From: Cyanophora paradoxa CCMP329
Taxonomy: Eukaryota; Plantae; Glaucophyta
Assembly (NCBI GenBank): GCA_004431415.1
Contig: QPMI01000188.1
Span: forward strand, 62,001 to 126,000
Reading direction: 5' to 3'
Length of the DNA stretch: 64,000 bases
Every line of letters begins with the position of its first letter. Position 1 is the stretch's first letter. Both the position numbers and the translations under genes were made by a program. Below, one piece after another: positions 24,050-35,375 of the stretch. Under the pieces are notes generated by a model. The model saw nothing but the letters and a program-made list of their open reading frames with translations, did not search any database and had not been told where the DNA came from.

Positions 24050-27000
24050 CGGAGGCTCGCAAGCTGCTGTCCTCGCGCGCCGACCTTGAGGGCTTCTTCG
24101 AGAAGTACTTCCTCAAGTTTGGCATCCTGTTCACGGCCGCTCGGCTGTTGCCGGACAAGCAGCTGTGCCTCACGGCGTTCGGCCCGGCCGATATGTACGT
24201 GACTGAGCACGACACGGTCTCCTTCGTGCGCCTGACCTGCAAGGCTGCAAACATCGCGCCCACGGCGTCTCTGACCCAATCTGCAGGGCACGGTGTCGCA
24301 GGCCCAGCCGGCCGACGACCACCAGCGCGGCTACTTCGGCGTCCCTCTGGGGCTCCCGCTCCACTACATTCCGGAGGGCGGCGAGTCAGAGGAGGACCGC
24401 GTCGCCCCGCCGGTCCTGGCCCCCTACCGGTACGCCCCATGATCACTTCCTCTCTTTCCCGCCCGCGGACGGCGCTGATCATGTCGGCGGTGCTCGCAGC
24501 GGCCTCGAGGGCCCCTTGGGCAACATGCCGGAGCAGGCGGTGGCCTTCCCCGCCGCCCTGCAGGAGTACAAGCTCCACGTCGGCGAGGTCGCTGGCCTGT
24601 ACGCGGCGCTCCTGGCGCTCCTGGCGAACGGAATCCCCGGCGAGGCCAAGCGCCCTACCATCCCGACGATCATCAAGCGGATCTGCGACGAGCAGCGCCC
24701 GCTCGTCGTCACCGCCCTGCCCTTCGTCGCCGAAACGGTGTGCACCTGCCGGCCGTGCAGCCCGGGCCCGCCCTCCTCCTCGCTCAGCCTCGACCAGGTC
24801 GAGGCGATTTTCGCGGGAGGATCAGGGGCGGCTTTCAAGACCCTCAGCCGCTGCCCGGAGGCCGCTTGGGGCGCCGTCTTCGCGCCAACTGCCCTCAAGC
24901 AGTTCAAGCTTCGCACCCTCCCCAACCTCGCGGTACGCTCGCAGCCCCTCTCCCCTGGCAGCGGCGCCAGTTGCGTTCGTGGCCTCACGACGCCCGCGAT
25001 CGCAGACGCTCGACGACGTCCTCGCCGCTCTCTCCCCGAAGGTCTTCTCTCAGCGGCAGCTGATCGAAGTGGGCGAATACCTCCGCCCGCGCCTCGCTGG
25101 CACGCTGGAGGAGGCGCCACGCACCTCGGCGACCCGCGAAAGCGATCGCGAGCCGGCGACCTCGAGCGCCGCGGCCGAGCGCGACCCCCGGCCGGCCCAG
25201 GGCGCCAAGAAGCCTGTGTCGACCCCGGCCGGGGCGACGTCGAAGCCCGCAGCTCCCCCCTCGAAGGCCTCCAAGGCGCCCAAGAAGACCGGCGCCGCGA
25301 AGGCGCCGGCGGCTCCAGCGGTCCCAAGAAGCGGCCGCCCCCGCCGCCGCCCACTGACTCGGACGACGAGGAGGAGGACGTGGAGGTCGCCCCCAAGCGC
25401 CCCCGGCCGGCGCCAACCCCCTTCTCTGCGTTCGACAAGGGGTACGCCGGCTGGGCCCCCAATGGCAAGCGCCCCATCGCACCGGTACGCCAGCGTTCTG
25501 GGAATCCGAGCGCCACTTCCTCACGCCCGCGAGAGCAGAACGCGGCGGCGCCGGCCCAGGCACCGGCAGCCTCGCGGCCCGGCAGCTTCTTCGCGGCGCC
25601 GGGCGGGGCGCGCAACGGGAACGCTGGCAGCGGTGCGCCTCCCCCGCCTGGGCGCCCACCCCGCCTTCCCCGCGGCCACGAAATTGATGCACCGCCAGTT
25701 CCGTCGGGCGAGACCTGGAATGCGGCGCCCTGGAGCGCGATGGGCCACGCCGGCGACCTTGAGCTCGAGGACGCCGACGACTTCCTGGAGGAGGTCGACC
25801 CCCACGCGCCCCTCTACTACTCGAACCCGCCCAACGGCCAGCCGCCCTACCCGGCGACTTTCGCGGCGGCGCCCCAGCCGCCCTTCTCCTCCTCGGCTCC
25901 GGCAGCGAGCCGTGCACCGCTGCCCCCGGCGGCAGCCAAGGCGATCATCCTCCCGCCCGTGGAGGAGACAGTCCGCTCGCAGCATGGGCTGCCAATCAAC
26001 GACGTCAACAGCGCGCAGATGCGCGAGGCGGTCGTCTGGCTGGCCAAGCGCATCCAGAAGGCAGCTCAGACGCTGTCGGACGGCCGCGTCGGCGAGGAGC
26101 TCGCCCCGAACGCCGTGGCGGCAGCCGCTGCGAAGGGCGGCGCGGCGGTCGGCGCCGAGCTCGCTGACTCGGCCCTCCGCGCCGTCCTGCTCCACCTCGA
26201 GCAGGCCTTCGCGAGCCGCGATTTCGCGGGACTGCTCGCCGCCGTCCAGGTCCAGAGCGCCGTCCTCGACCACGCCCGCGCCGCAGGCGACCCGGAACTG
26301 GTGGCCTTCCTCGCCCAGCACTTCGTGAAGCTGGAGCGCGCCTGCGCCAGCCTCGAGAAGGCCACCCGCAGCGCCGTCGCCATCCACGCCCTCTGCGCTC
26401 CCTCCTCCGCCGGCGGCTTCGACCCTGTGCGCCTCGCGGCCAGCGGCGAGCTGCTCCTTGGCAAGGGCACGGTGCCCAACCCTCCCGCCCCGCCCCGCAA
26501 AAACGGTCCCGACCTCGAACTTACGGACTGCCCGGTTGCAGGCGACGAACCTCCTGAAGGAGGAGGAGGGCTTCGGGCTCGCCGGCCAGCCGACCTGGCA
26601 ACAGCTCGAGGGCGCGGAGGCAGCTCTCAAGTTCGCCCGCAAGAATCTCTCGACGGCGACGGCCTCCTCTCCGGCGGACCTGGTCCGCTCGACCTTTGCT
26701 GGTCCGTGCCCTCAGCCCCAGCCCCGCCGACAGTGCGCGCGCTGGTGCCGGCTAGCGCTGATACCGCCAGCGCGCAGAGGCCAAGTCCGGCGGGCCCATG
26801 GCCACCCTCACCCCGCAGGGGACCGGCTTCATGCCCATGTTCCCGTTCCCCCCCGCGCCTCCCGGCTACTACTACGATCCCGCCCAGCACCGCTCGGGTG
26901 GCGGTGGCGGCGGTGGCGGCCGGCTGCGCAAGGCGCGGGGCGGCGGCGGCGGTGGCGGGGGCGGCGGCGGCGGCGGCAGCCGCAACGGCGGCGGAGGCGG

Positions 27001-27094
27001 AGGCCACACCCAGCACGGCAGCGGAGGCGGCGGCCACGGCGGCGCAGGCGGCGCCGCCGGCAGCGCCGCCGGTCAGCCGGCCCGCAGCGGTTAG
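24050..27094 (+). CDS. Gag-like ORF1 of the YR element, intron-containing (5' start uncertain, possibly 23143 or 23306)
   Basis: GT-AG introns 24226-24286, 24430-24499, 24933-25005, 26472-26541 and 26702-26777 join the coding-like frames; one indel needed near 25325; Gly-rich C-terminus ends with TAG at 27094. Confidence 0.65.
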
Positions 27095-27275
27095 CGGCTC
27101 GAGCGCAGCTGTACGACAGGCCCGCAAACGCGCGGCCGAGGCCCCGCCCCCCAGATCTAGACCTGGCGCCCCCAGGCGTAATTTTGCAGTCGTCGGTAGC
27201 TCGCAGTCAGAGGCAGACAGCCCGGCAGCTAGCCCTGATTTTGATCAGGAGGCAAGATGGGACCTCAATAAATCA

Positions 27276-29395
27276 ATGATTTGGTCTCCCCTCCCGGCCG
27301 ATGCACTGCCCCGGGCCCCTTTGACACCTCCCTCTCACAACGAGTTTGCACTGCTCCGAGAGCTAGTCCGCAAGCACGGTGACCCCGGCCCGTACGACTT
27401 CGCCAGCCACGAGGCAGGCTTCCGTGCGGGCCAGCTCGCAAAGTTTGCACCTGCATGGCGGGCCCTCTTCCGCGCCGCGAACACGGAGCTGCCCTCCTGG
27501 GTTGGCCTAGTGATTCGAGAAGGCCTGCGCCTTCCTCTGCAAAAAGCGCCCGGACAGCCGGTCCCCTCACTTAAGGACCTTCCAGCGACAGCCGCCGAGC
27601 AGCCGCGCCCCTCATGCTTCAAGACGCCTGAGCACACGACCTTCGTCGACCGCGAGGTTGCCGTGATGCTGAGCCTGGGCGTGGCAAGGCTGGCGACGGC
27701 CGAGGACGTGCTCCTCACTCGCCATGTCTGCGCGCTCCATGTCGTAGACAAGAGCGGCCCTGATAAATTCCGCTTGTGCCTAGACGCAACGCCTGTAAAT
27801 GATTTTATTCAGTGCAAATCATTTCAGTATCAGTCGCTCGACCACGTGGCACCTCTGCTCACGCCGGGCTGTTGGATGGTCAAATACGACCTGCGAAAAG
27901 GCTACTATCACATTGCCTTGCACCCGGCTACTCAGCGGCTGCTGACTTTTCGCTGGCGGGGCCGCCTGTACGTCTATCAAGCCCTCTGCTTTGGCGTGAA
28001 CGTCGCTTGTCGCGTCTTCACCAAGCTGATGCGAGCCTTTGCGAAATACTGGGCAGCCCTCGGGGTTCGCCTCTGCACCTACATTGATGACGGGCTCTTC
28101 ATCTGCCCCTCACGCGAGATTGCCGAGCTGGTCTCCCAGCACCTTCGCTGGCTGGCCCCGCAGCTCGGCCTAGTGTTTTCGTCGAAGTCGGACTTCACTC
28201 CGACCCAGGTCACTGAATACCTGGGACTCGAGATCGACACCCGCCCTGGGCGCGGCGTCTTCACCGTAACGCCGAAAAAAGTGGCAAAAATCACGGCTCT
28301 CCTAGACGAGGCGCTGGCGTCCCCGACGGCCTCTGTCCGAGCCCTGCAGCGGCTTGCGGGAAAATTGATTGCGCTCCGCATGGCCTTCCCGGCCGCCCGC
28401 CTCATGACCCGCCCCATTTTTGCGGCGCTGGCGGCGGCTGAGCGTACAGGACGGAACCCGTTCGACCCGTTGGCAGTTCAGATCGACGGAGCGGTCGCGG
28501 ACGCGCTAAACTGGATGCGGCGTGTGCTCCCAACACGCCCCCACCACCCGATTTGGGAGCCCCTCCGTTTCTTTCGGCTGTTCACCGACGCCTCCGGCTA
28601 CGGTTTCGCCGCCTTCTTAGACTGTGGCGAAGGGGCCGCCCCCCTTGACGAACGGCAGGGAGATGCGTGGTCCACCTGGGGCACGTTTCCCCCAGAGCTC
28701 CGTGCCGGCGCGCAGCCCCCCGTCTCGAGCAACGAGCGTGAACTGCGAGCAGTGCTCGCAGCGGCGCGCGACCTCTTCCCCCTGCTCCCGTTCGGCGCAA
28801 AAGTCTTCCTGCGCTCCGACAACTCGACTACGGTCGCCGCAGTCGGCAAGGGCAGCGCCTCCCCCCGCCTGTTTGACCTGTGCGTCGAGCTCTGGCGACG
28901 CTGCGCAGAGCTCGGCATTATTCTTTGCGCACGCCACATTCCCGGCGTACGCAACCGCTGGGCTGACACGGCCTCGCGTTCCCTGCGCCCGCAGCTCCAC
29001 CGAGGACTGCTCGCTGCGGCGCACGCGGCTCTCGGCGCGGGCTGGCCCATGAGCACGTCGCAGACGACTCCGACGTCTGGCTGGCGGCGGCGCGGCCCCA
29101 GCGCCCCGCAATTCTCACAGCCGACTCGCGGCTCCGAGCTCGCCTTCTGGCGAGCCTCCGCGACCACCCGCCCGCCTGCCCCGTGGCCCTCCTACTACCA
29201 TGGCAGCCGAGCACGACTTGGGCGGTCGCGCTGTCCGACCTCTGGTTCCAGCCGACGGTGCAGGCCGCTTCGCTGCGACCGCGGCCGGCGCATGCCTTTT
29301 ACGCGAAACCGACGCAGGGCAAATCGCTCCTTGGCCTCGGCCGCTCCCCCTGGACCTTCGTACTGACTTGGTGGGGGGGCGTAAACGCGCTCTAA
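27276..29395 (+). CDS. Pol: reverse transcriptase + RNase H + degenerate C-terminal domain
   Basis: KFRLCLDATPVN, KYDLRKGYYH, LCFG, YIDD (28080), YLGLEID; RNase H FTDASGYG, SNERELRA, SDN, HIPGVRNRWADTASR; probable frameshift near 29046 continues to ALLLPWQPSTTW...NAL*; start arbitrary. Confidence 0.93.
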
Positions 29396-29424
29396 AAACC
29401 CATTAGAGCGGGTCGGGCCCCCTG

Positions 29425-30483
29425 ATGCACTGGGGGAGCCTCGATCTGACGCCCCACCGTGGCGCAGACACGGCCCGGCGGCCTGGCGATTCTTGGGGCG
29501 CGGTGCGCTCCGAACTCGCGCGCTGGCAGACGGCGGCGTGGGCGGAGCGCACCCGCGCAGCGGCCTCGCGCGTCTGGCGTCGCTACTTGGCCTTCCTCGC
29601 GGCTGCCCCCGAGCCGCTGCACCCCGGTGACGAAGACTCCATTCTTCTCTTCCTGGCGTCAGCGGCCCGTGCCCGCCAAGCGGCCACCGGACAACCGCTG
29701 GCTGCTACGACCATCAAAAACATGGCCGCCCACATCTGGCGTACGCTTAAAGCTGCGCGGCTCGTCGACCCCTCCCAGCAGCACTCCTGGGAGTACACGA
29801 TGACGCTCCGCGGCATGACTCGGGCACTGGGACGCCCGCCGCGCCAGATGCGGCCCCTGGTCCTGCCACAACTGCAGGCATGGACCGCAACGGCAACTTT
29901 TCGCAGCCTCCCTCCGTTCGAGCGCACCGCCTGCCTCGCACTCCTAGCGCTCGGGATCGCGGGCCTTCTCCGGATCTCCGAGGTCGCGGCGCTCCGGACC
30001 GGCGACGTCACGCCGATCATCTCTTCAGGGGGCCGGACCATGCTGCGGGTGACTATCGCCAGCTCGAAGACCGACCAAGCCGGGCACGGCGAGCACATTC
30101 TCGTCTCCCCAGCTCCCGCGGCCGGCCCGGCCTGCCCCGTCCGGGCCACTGCGGCCTACGCCTGTGCAGCCGCCCGCCGCTACGGCCCTCTCCCGCCGAC
30201 CGCCCCCTTCTTCCTCCGGGGCCCACCGAGCCGCCCCCGCGGCTACGACGACGCCCTCGGGCGCGCCATCATTAAACTCTGCGTCGGTGACATCGGCCTC
30301 GACCCAGCAAATTACTCCGGCCACAGCCTCCGACGCGGCGGGGCCCGCTCGGCAGTCCGCGGCGGCGCCTCCGCCACCTGGCTCCGCCGCCACGGCCGCT
30401 GGGCTCTCACATCGATGGTCCCCCAGCGCTATGTCGACGATTACACCGTCGCCCTGGAGGCCGAAGGCGTCGCCTTCGCTTGA
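29425..30483 (+). CDS. Tyrosine recombinase (retrotransposon YR)
   Basis: Catalytic motifs LLRISEV, SKTDQ, HSLRRGGA, GRW and QRY. Confidence 0.95.
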   Translation: MHWGSLDLTPHRGADTARRPGDSWGAVRSELARWQTAAWAERTRAAASRVWRRYLAFLAAAPEPLHPGDEDSILLFLASAARARQAATGQPLAATTIKNMAAHIWRTLKAARLVDPSQQHSWEYTMTLRGMTRALGRPPRQMRPLVLPQLQAWTATATFRSLPPFERTACLALLALGIAGLLRISEVAALRTGDVTPIISSGGRTMLRVTIASSKTDQAGHGEHILVSPAPAAGPACPVRATAAYACAAARRYGPLPPTAPFFLRGPPSRPRGYDDALGRAIIKLCVGDIGLDPANYSGHSLRRGGARSAVRGGASATWLRRHGRWALTSMVPQRYVDDYTVALEAEGVAFA

Positions 30484-30595
30484 ACCGGACTTCAGTTCCA
30501 GCTTTCCCAGCCGTGCAACCCTGTTCGCACGTGTGCACGAGAATAAAAATTTTAAATTCCACCTAGCTGCTGCTGCTTGAGACCTGGCCCTTGCT

Positions 30596-31000
30596 TGGTT
30601 TGGGCCCGGCGGGCTCCGCCCCCCGGCCCACCAATGAATTCCTGCCTAAGTCTCAGACCGCTGCACTTACCAGCGGTCGCTGTACCCCACCTCTCCCAAG
30701 AGGCCCGCTCGGCACCCTCGAGGTGCCGGGCTCGGGGTACAGCAATTCTAGACTCGCAGTAGCTCGCTAGAAAAAACGCACACGATGTGGACCCCTGGGG
30801 AAGCATCAGCCAGTATCCTCGGCTAGAGAGCGCAAGGAAACCGTGACCACACGGGGATTGCCTCTCCGGTTCGCGCCGCGAACCGTGCTCCCCTCTTCAC
30901 GATCAGCTCGAGATAGCTAGATGCTCGAGTTGAAGTGAATCAATATATTACATACTCTGGGCGCTCGGCGGAGAAAAAAGCACGAGAGGCCCCGCATAAA
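30596..31000 (+). repeat. Terminal repeat B1 (405 bp)
   Basis: Matches 31599-31794 + 35167-35375, with one C/T difference seen. Confidence 0.93.
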
Positions 31001-31330
31001 ACGTCGTATGCGCGCAAGGCGTAGACGAAGATTTGTGCGAGCCGGAAGTGCCAAAATTAGCCGAGTCGCCAGTTTCGCGGCCAAGCGGGATCGAACCCGC
31101 GGCCCCGGGGGCCCTCACGTTAATTGCGTAAATTGCGCAATCTCACGACAACAATCGTCATGGGGCGCGTGCCGAATTATCCCCCGGCGGCCGGACAGGG
31201 TAGCCCCCCGGCGTCGCCGGGAATATTAGGCCGGCCCCCGCCAGTTAGAGCCAGTTGCTTGCGCGACCGCACGGACGCGACCGCGCCCGTGCGGCCGCAC
31301 CTCTAAATAAATCGCGAGAATAGCCTCGCG
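31001..31330 (+). repeat. Repeat A2; the B1|A2 junction reproduces the element end|start (circle) junction
   Basis: ...cccgcataaa|acgtcgtatg... Confidence 0.95.
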
Positions 31331-31598
31331 ACCCACCCTCCCGCACCTCTCCGACCTCAGGACCTGGGCGAAGGCCTGGCTCGGAGCCGAATTAAATTGC
31401 GGTGACCCGAATTCGAATTCGAATTTCGGATTTCTGAGTTCGGCCGAAGAAACTTTAACCGCGGTTTTTCAAAAAATCGGCCTGTCAAAAACAAGCCAAC
31501 TTCGGTATATCGAATCCGAAGGCTGGAAGGGAATTCCTGGCAAGAGCTGAGCTGTACGCCAAGTTCCAGTTCTTGGCTACGGCTCAGCAACTTGGGCA

Positions 31599-31794
31599 TG
31601 GTTTGGGCCCGGCGGGCTCCGCTCCCCGGCCCACCAATGAATTCCTGCCTAAGTCTCAGACCGCTGCACTTACCAGCGGTCGCTGTACCCCACCTCTCCC
31701 AAGAGGCCCGCTCGGCACCCTCGAGGTGCCGGGCTCGGGGTACAGCAATTCTAGACTCGCAGTAGCTCGCTAGAAAAAACGCACACGATGTGGA
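31599..31794 (+). repeat. Repeat B2, left part (ends with TSD copy 1, 31774-31794)
   Basis: Copy of 30596-30791. Confidence 0.93.
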
Positions 31795-34700
31795 ATATAT
31801 TAAATTTGCATTAGCACAACCGTACAACACTGAAGTCGTAACGTCGACCATACCCTCACTGAAAACTATATCCAGGAAGAGAATATGAGGACTCTCGTGT
31901 GCTGTGCCTAAACATCTACCTATATATATAACTAGCTATCCATCTAACTCTACCCCTGGGCTAGTCCTATGCTAATAGGTGGGGATGGAGCGAGGGTGGT
32001 AAAGCTGGTGGGGTGGTACTGCCTGAGTGGAGAGGTGAGGAGCTTGGTGCCTCCGGCCCCGCTAGGGCCGGGGGTTCAGAGAGGATTAGGCCTCCACTTT
32101 GGCTGGGCACTCCCGCTCCGTTGCTCCCCGACTCCAGCTGTCCGCCCCCTCCCAAGTCTACCCCCCTCTCCCCCCCCGGCATGGGCCCGCCCTCCCCTGC
32201 CTGTACGCACAACTTGCCAGTGTCCTTCACACTAGCACGTACAATCCTCGAGGCCTCTCTAGTCTTTAACTGCGGCCTGGCTGCTGGGCTGCAAGCATGG
32301 CGCCAAAATACATCGCCTGCGCCTGGTTCATCTGCATCTGCTGTGCCACCTGCTGCGGCGTCTGCTGCATCATAAATCCCGGGAACCCCCCCGGGAGCTG
32401 GGGGGAGAGGATGGGGATCGGGGGCTGAGGCGCCGCCACCTCCACCGGAGTGTGTCCTCCGCGCCCGCCGTGGGGTCCGCCGCGTCCGCGCGTCCCGCGG
32501 CCCCGCGAGTTGCGGCCACGGGTATCGTTGCTGCTCAGCGCCGGCGCCGCTGACGTCACTGCTGCCGAGTCTATGCCCAGCTGCAGCGGCGGCCAGGATG
32601 CTGCGGGGACGCCGGCCACGACGGCAAAGAGGTCGGTCGGCGTTGCGCTGCTGCCGCCCCAGGCTGGCGCTGGCGGGCCGTGGGAGGTACAAATGGCTGC
32701 AGCACCCGAGGGCGCTTGGCCTCCTTGGGGAAGAAAGTCTCGCGGGGTCCGCCTCTTCCTGGTCGCGCTTGCTCCCGCGCCCGCGCCCAGCGTTCGCTGC
32801 TGCGCCGCCGCGTCCACGGCCGCGGCTGCTGGCTGCTGAGCCCGGCTGCTGGCCAGCCAACGACGCTGCTGACGCCTCAGCGTCCGCCTCGCCGCTCGTC
32901 CGCGGCTTCCAGTCCGTGCCCGGGCACTTCGAGCTCTTGTGTTCGAAGTAGGCTTGGAGGCGGTGACGGCGGCAGCCAGCGGGGCTGAAGTTCTGGAGCG
33001 CCTTCGGGGTGAGGCTCGCCGGCGGCCGGACACGCCAGAGCGAGGCCGTGTGGTCCGCCACCTGCATTGAGAGGTGAAGCGTCTCGCCGCACGAGTAGCG
33101 CACGCCAGGCGCGGCGGGCTTCATCGCCGCCTCCCAGGCAGCCACCTTCTCCTTCTTGATAAGGAGGTGCAGCACGTCGCCGTCGGGTGGTGACTGGCCG
33201 TGACTGTAGCTGCATTGGTGGTAGACCAGCGTCACTTCTGCCGGGTTGCGCGCCACTTCCTTGAGGATGGTGGGCAGCTGCCAAGCCTTCAGCCTTCTGC
33301 GTCCGCGGGGACGGGAGGGGAAAAAGGACTCTCGGCTCACCGGGAGTTGCGCTGTCGCCGCGTGCAGAGCCAGAACAAAGGTGCCGCAGGTGTGGAGCTC
33401 GGGGCCTCGGTTGCGAGGTTCACCGTGATGGGACACGACTCGAACCGCAGCAGGTTCGCCTTGCTGAGTTCGATCAGTCTGCGAGCGCGGGTTGCTGTCA
33501 GCCTCAGGTCAGCCCCGGTCGCCGTGCGCGGCAACGTACTTGTTGGCCAGGTGAACGTTGCCGGTGGTGAGGGCGATGCGCGGAGGCTCGCGCATGATCA
33601 TGTTCTGTTGTACCGCCGCTGGCGTGCCGGCCCATCCGAGGACTCGAAAGCCGAGGCATTCTGCCTCCAGCTGCGTACCAGCGGTTGGTTAGCGTTCGCC
33701 GCGTGGCCGGTTAGATCATCGCACCGTGCCGTCTTGCAGCGGCGTGAGTTTCTCCCGCGTCGCGGTCTTAAGCGACTTCGTCGCGTCGTGCTCCACCTGG
33801 CGCGCCAGTGTGCGGAAGAGATGAAGCACATCGCGGCGCGTGTTCGCGGAGAAGTTGCCGTCCGGCTGGAGGCCGCCCTTGGTAGAGAACACCGGGGCGC
33901 CGTCGATGAGGATCATTGGCGCGTGCTCCTTGTCATCGAGCAGCATCCATGGTTTCGGGGCTCTCTGCGCATGCACAGTTATGGGGAAGTCGTTCCGGCT
34001 CGCTCGGCGGCTTACCACTACTGGCGAATCGATCTGGTAGATCGTCACTTCGTCTCGGCGATTCGTCTTGTTCGGCAATTTCACCGCGAGGCATGTAGCG
34101 ACGCGCAGTTTCGCAGCCGTGTCTTTGGTCCACTGCGAGGGGTGAGTGAGGAGACTTGGGGACGGGCGTATCGTCAGATCGGGCGTACCTTGCGAGCTTT
34201 CGCATATGTGACATCTGTCATCACGTCCGGCGTTGCCAGTACTGCGACGCACCCCTTTGAGGGGAAGTTGGTGCGCACTCCGCCGTGGGCGATGTTCCGT
34301 TCTGAGATCACCTGTCGCACATTCTCAGCGTGGGCGGGAGCTCGCTCGGCCGAGTCATGACGGACCGTTTGAACCATATGTTTGCGTTCATTCAGTGGGA
34401 CTAGCCCGTCGCCGTTGAGGCAGAGTTGGGTCCCCGCGTACTTGGTCGGGACAAGGTCGAGCGGTTCGAAGACGACCGCAACCATGAACTTCGGGACGCG
34501 GAAGGTCTTGTTTATCGGTTGCGACTTGTCCCGTCGCTCTCCGGCCGTCGGCGCTCGCACAACTGGGCCGCTCGGCCCTGCCGCGTCATCGTCGTCGGCG
34601 TCGCCGGCATAGTCTTCATCTTCGCCGGCGTTCACCGCAGCGCCCTGCTCTCCGGCTTCTGCACCAGCGCCTTGCTCGCCGAGATCTGCGCCGTTGCCAG

Positions 34701-35145
34701 CATCGTCGATCTCGCCGAGGCCGTCCATGAGCTCATCGCCATCGGCGTCTCCGCCTTCCTGGCCAGCGCCTTCCTCAGCAGCGCCAGGCTGGGCTGGCGT
34801 TGCGAACGGGTTGAACTCCTGTTCCGCCATCGTGTGGCGCACTTCTCTGCGCATCGTCGTGTCGGTTAGACAACTGGTGCGAAATCGTGCCGGGCCTGGA
34901 GCTTGGCCGGTTAACTGGCCGTCCAGAAGACGTGGCATCTCATTTCAGGACAGGGGGTCCTGTGATTGCGGCAAAGGCCTTTGCGGCGACAAGCAGTGGC
35001 CTTTCGGCGGATTTGAGCCATCGGGCGGGCGCGAGGCACGCTAGAGGTCTCACCAGCGCAGACACTGGCTCCCACAGTGTGTAGGCGTCGTGTCGGCGCG
35101 GGTTCCGGCGCCTCGTGCTCCTTTTTCGGGGTACCGGAATCGCAA
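31795..35145. mobile_element. 3.35-kb nested insertion with 21-bp TSD, non-autonomous (no RT or transposase recognised)
   Basis: aaaaaacgcacacgatgtgga is single in B1 (30771-30791) but duplicated at 31774-31794 and 35146-35166, flanking the insert. Confidence 0.9.
32266..34830 (-). CDS. Spliced ~780-aa ORF1/Gag-like protein of the nested element (acidic N-terminus, Zn-knuckle-like CRRH-x7-H-x4-C, RG/Q-rich C-terminus)
   Basis: ATG 34830 (MAEQEFNPF); GT-AG introns 34188-34133, 33724-33671, 33539-33479 and 33340-33297 join four stop-terminated segments into one frame; indels needed around 32680-32750. Confidence 0.7.
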
Positions 35146-35375
35146 AAAAAACGCACACGATGTGGACCCCTGGGGAAGCATCAGCCAGTATCCTCGGCTA
35201 GAGAGCGCAAGGAAACCGTGACCACACGGGGATTGCCTCTCCGGTTCGCGCCGCGAACCGTGCTCCCCTCTTCACGATCAGCTCGAGATAGCTAGATGCT
35301 CGAGTTGAAGTGAATCAATATATTACATACTCTGGGCGCTCGGCGGAGAAAAAAGCACGAGAGGCCCCGCATAAA
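35146..35375 (+). repeat. TSD copy 2 + right part of repeat B2 (element 3' end)
   Basis: Copy of 30771-31000, ending gccccgcataaa. Confidence 0.93.

Larger units (their letters stand above)
22791..35375 (+). mobile_element. Full-length tyrosine-recombinase retrotransposon (DIRS order, split direct repeats, PAT/Ngaro-type)
   Basis: gag, RT/RNase H and YR ORFs; A1(22791-23120)...B1(30596-31000)-A2(31001-31330)-spacer-B2(31599-31794 + 35167-35375); the empty site gtaCCCCCCCgattg at 20371 is split as gtaCCCC|element|CCCgattg, with no TSD. Confidence 0.95.

Noticed and set aside
25315-29050. Frameshifts near 25325 and 29046 as programmed frameshifting or inactivation
   Set aside because: They fall in C runs, and similar 1-nt homopolymer differences occur between the tandem copies, so sequencing/assembly error is at least as likely.
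29425-30483. Phage/bacterial integrase or prophage
   Set aside because: It lies downstream of RT/RNase H within split direct repeats, so it is the retrotransposon YR; the surrounding genes are intron-rich and eukaryotic.
33200-34360. 386-aa plus-strand ORF in the nested insert as its RT/transposase
   Set aside because: No catalytic motifs; it is the antisense mirror of the minus-strand spliced gene.
34830-35145. HDV-like or hammerhead ribozyme at the insert terminus
   Set aside because: A hairpin is present, but I could not find the conserved catalytic cores by eye; a covariance-model search is needed.
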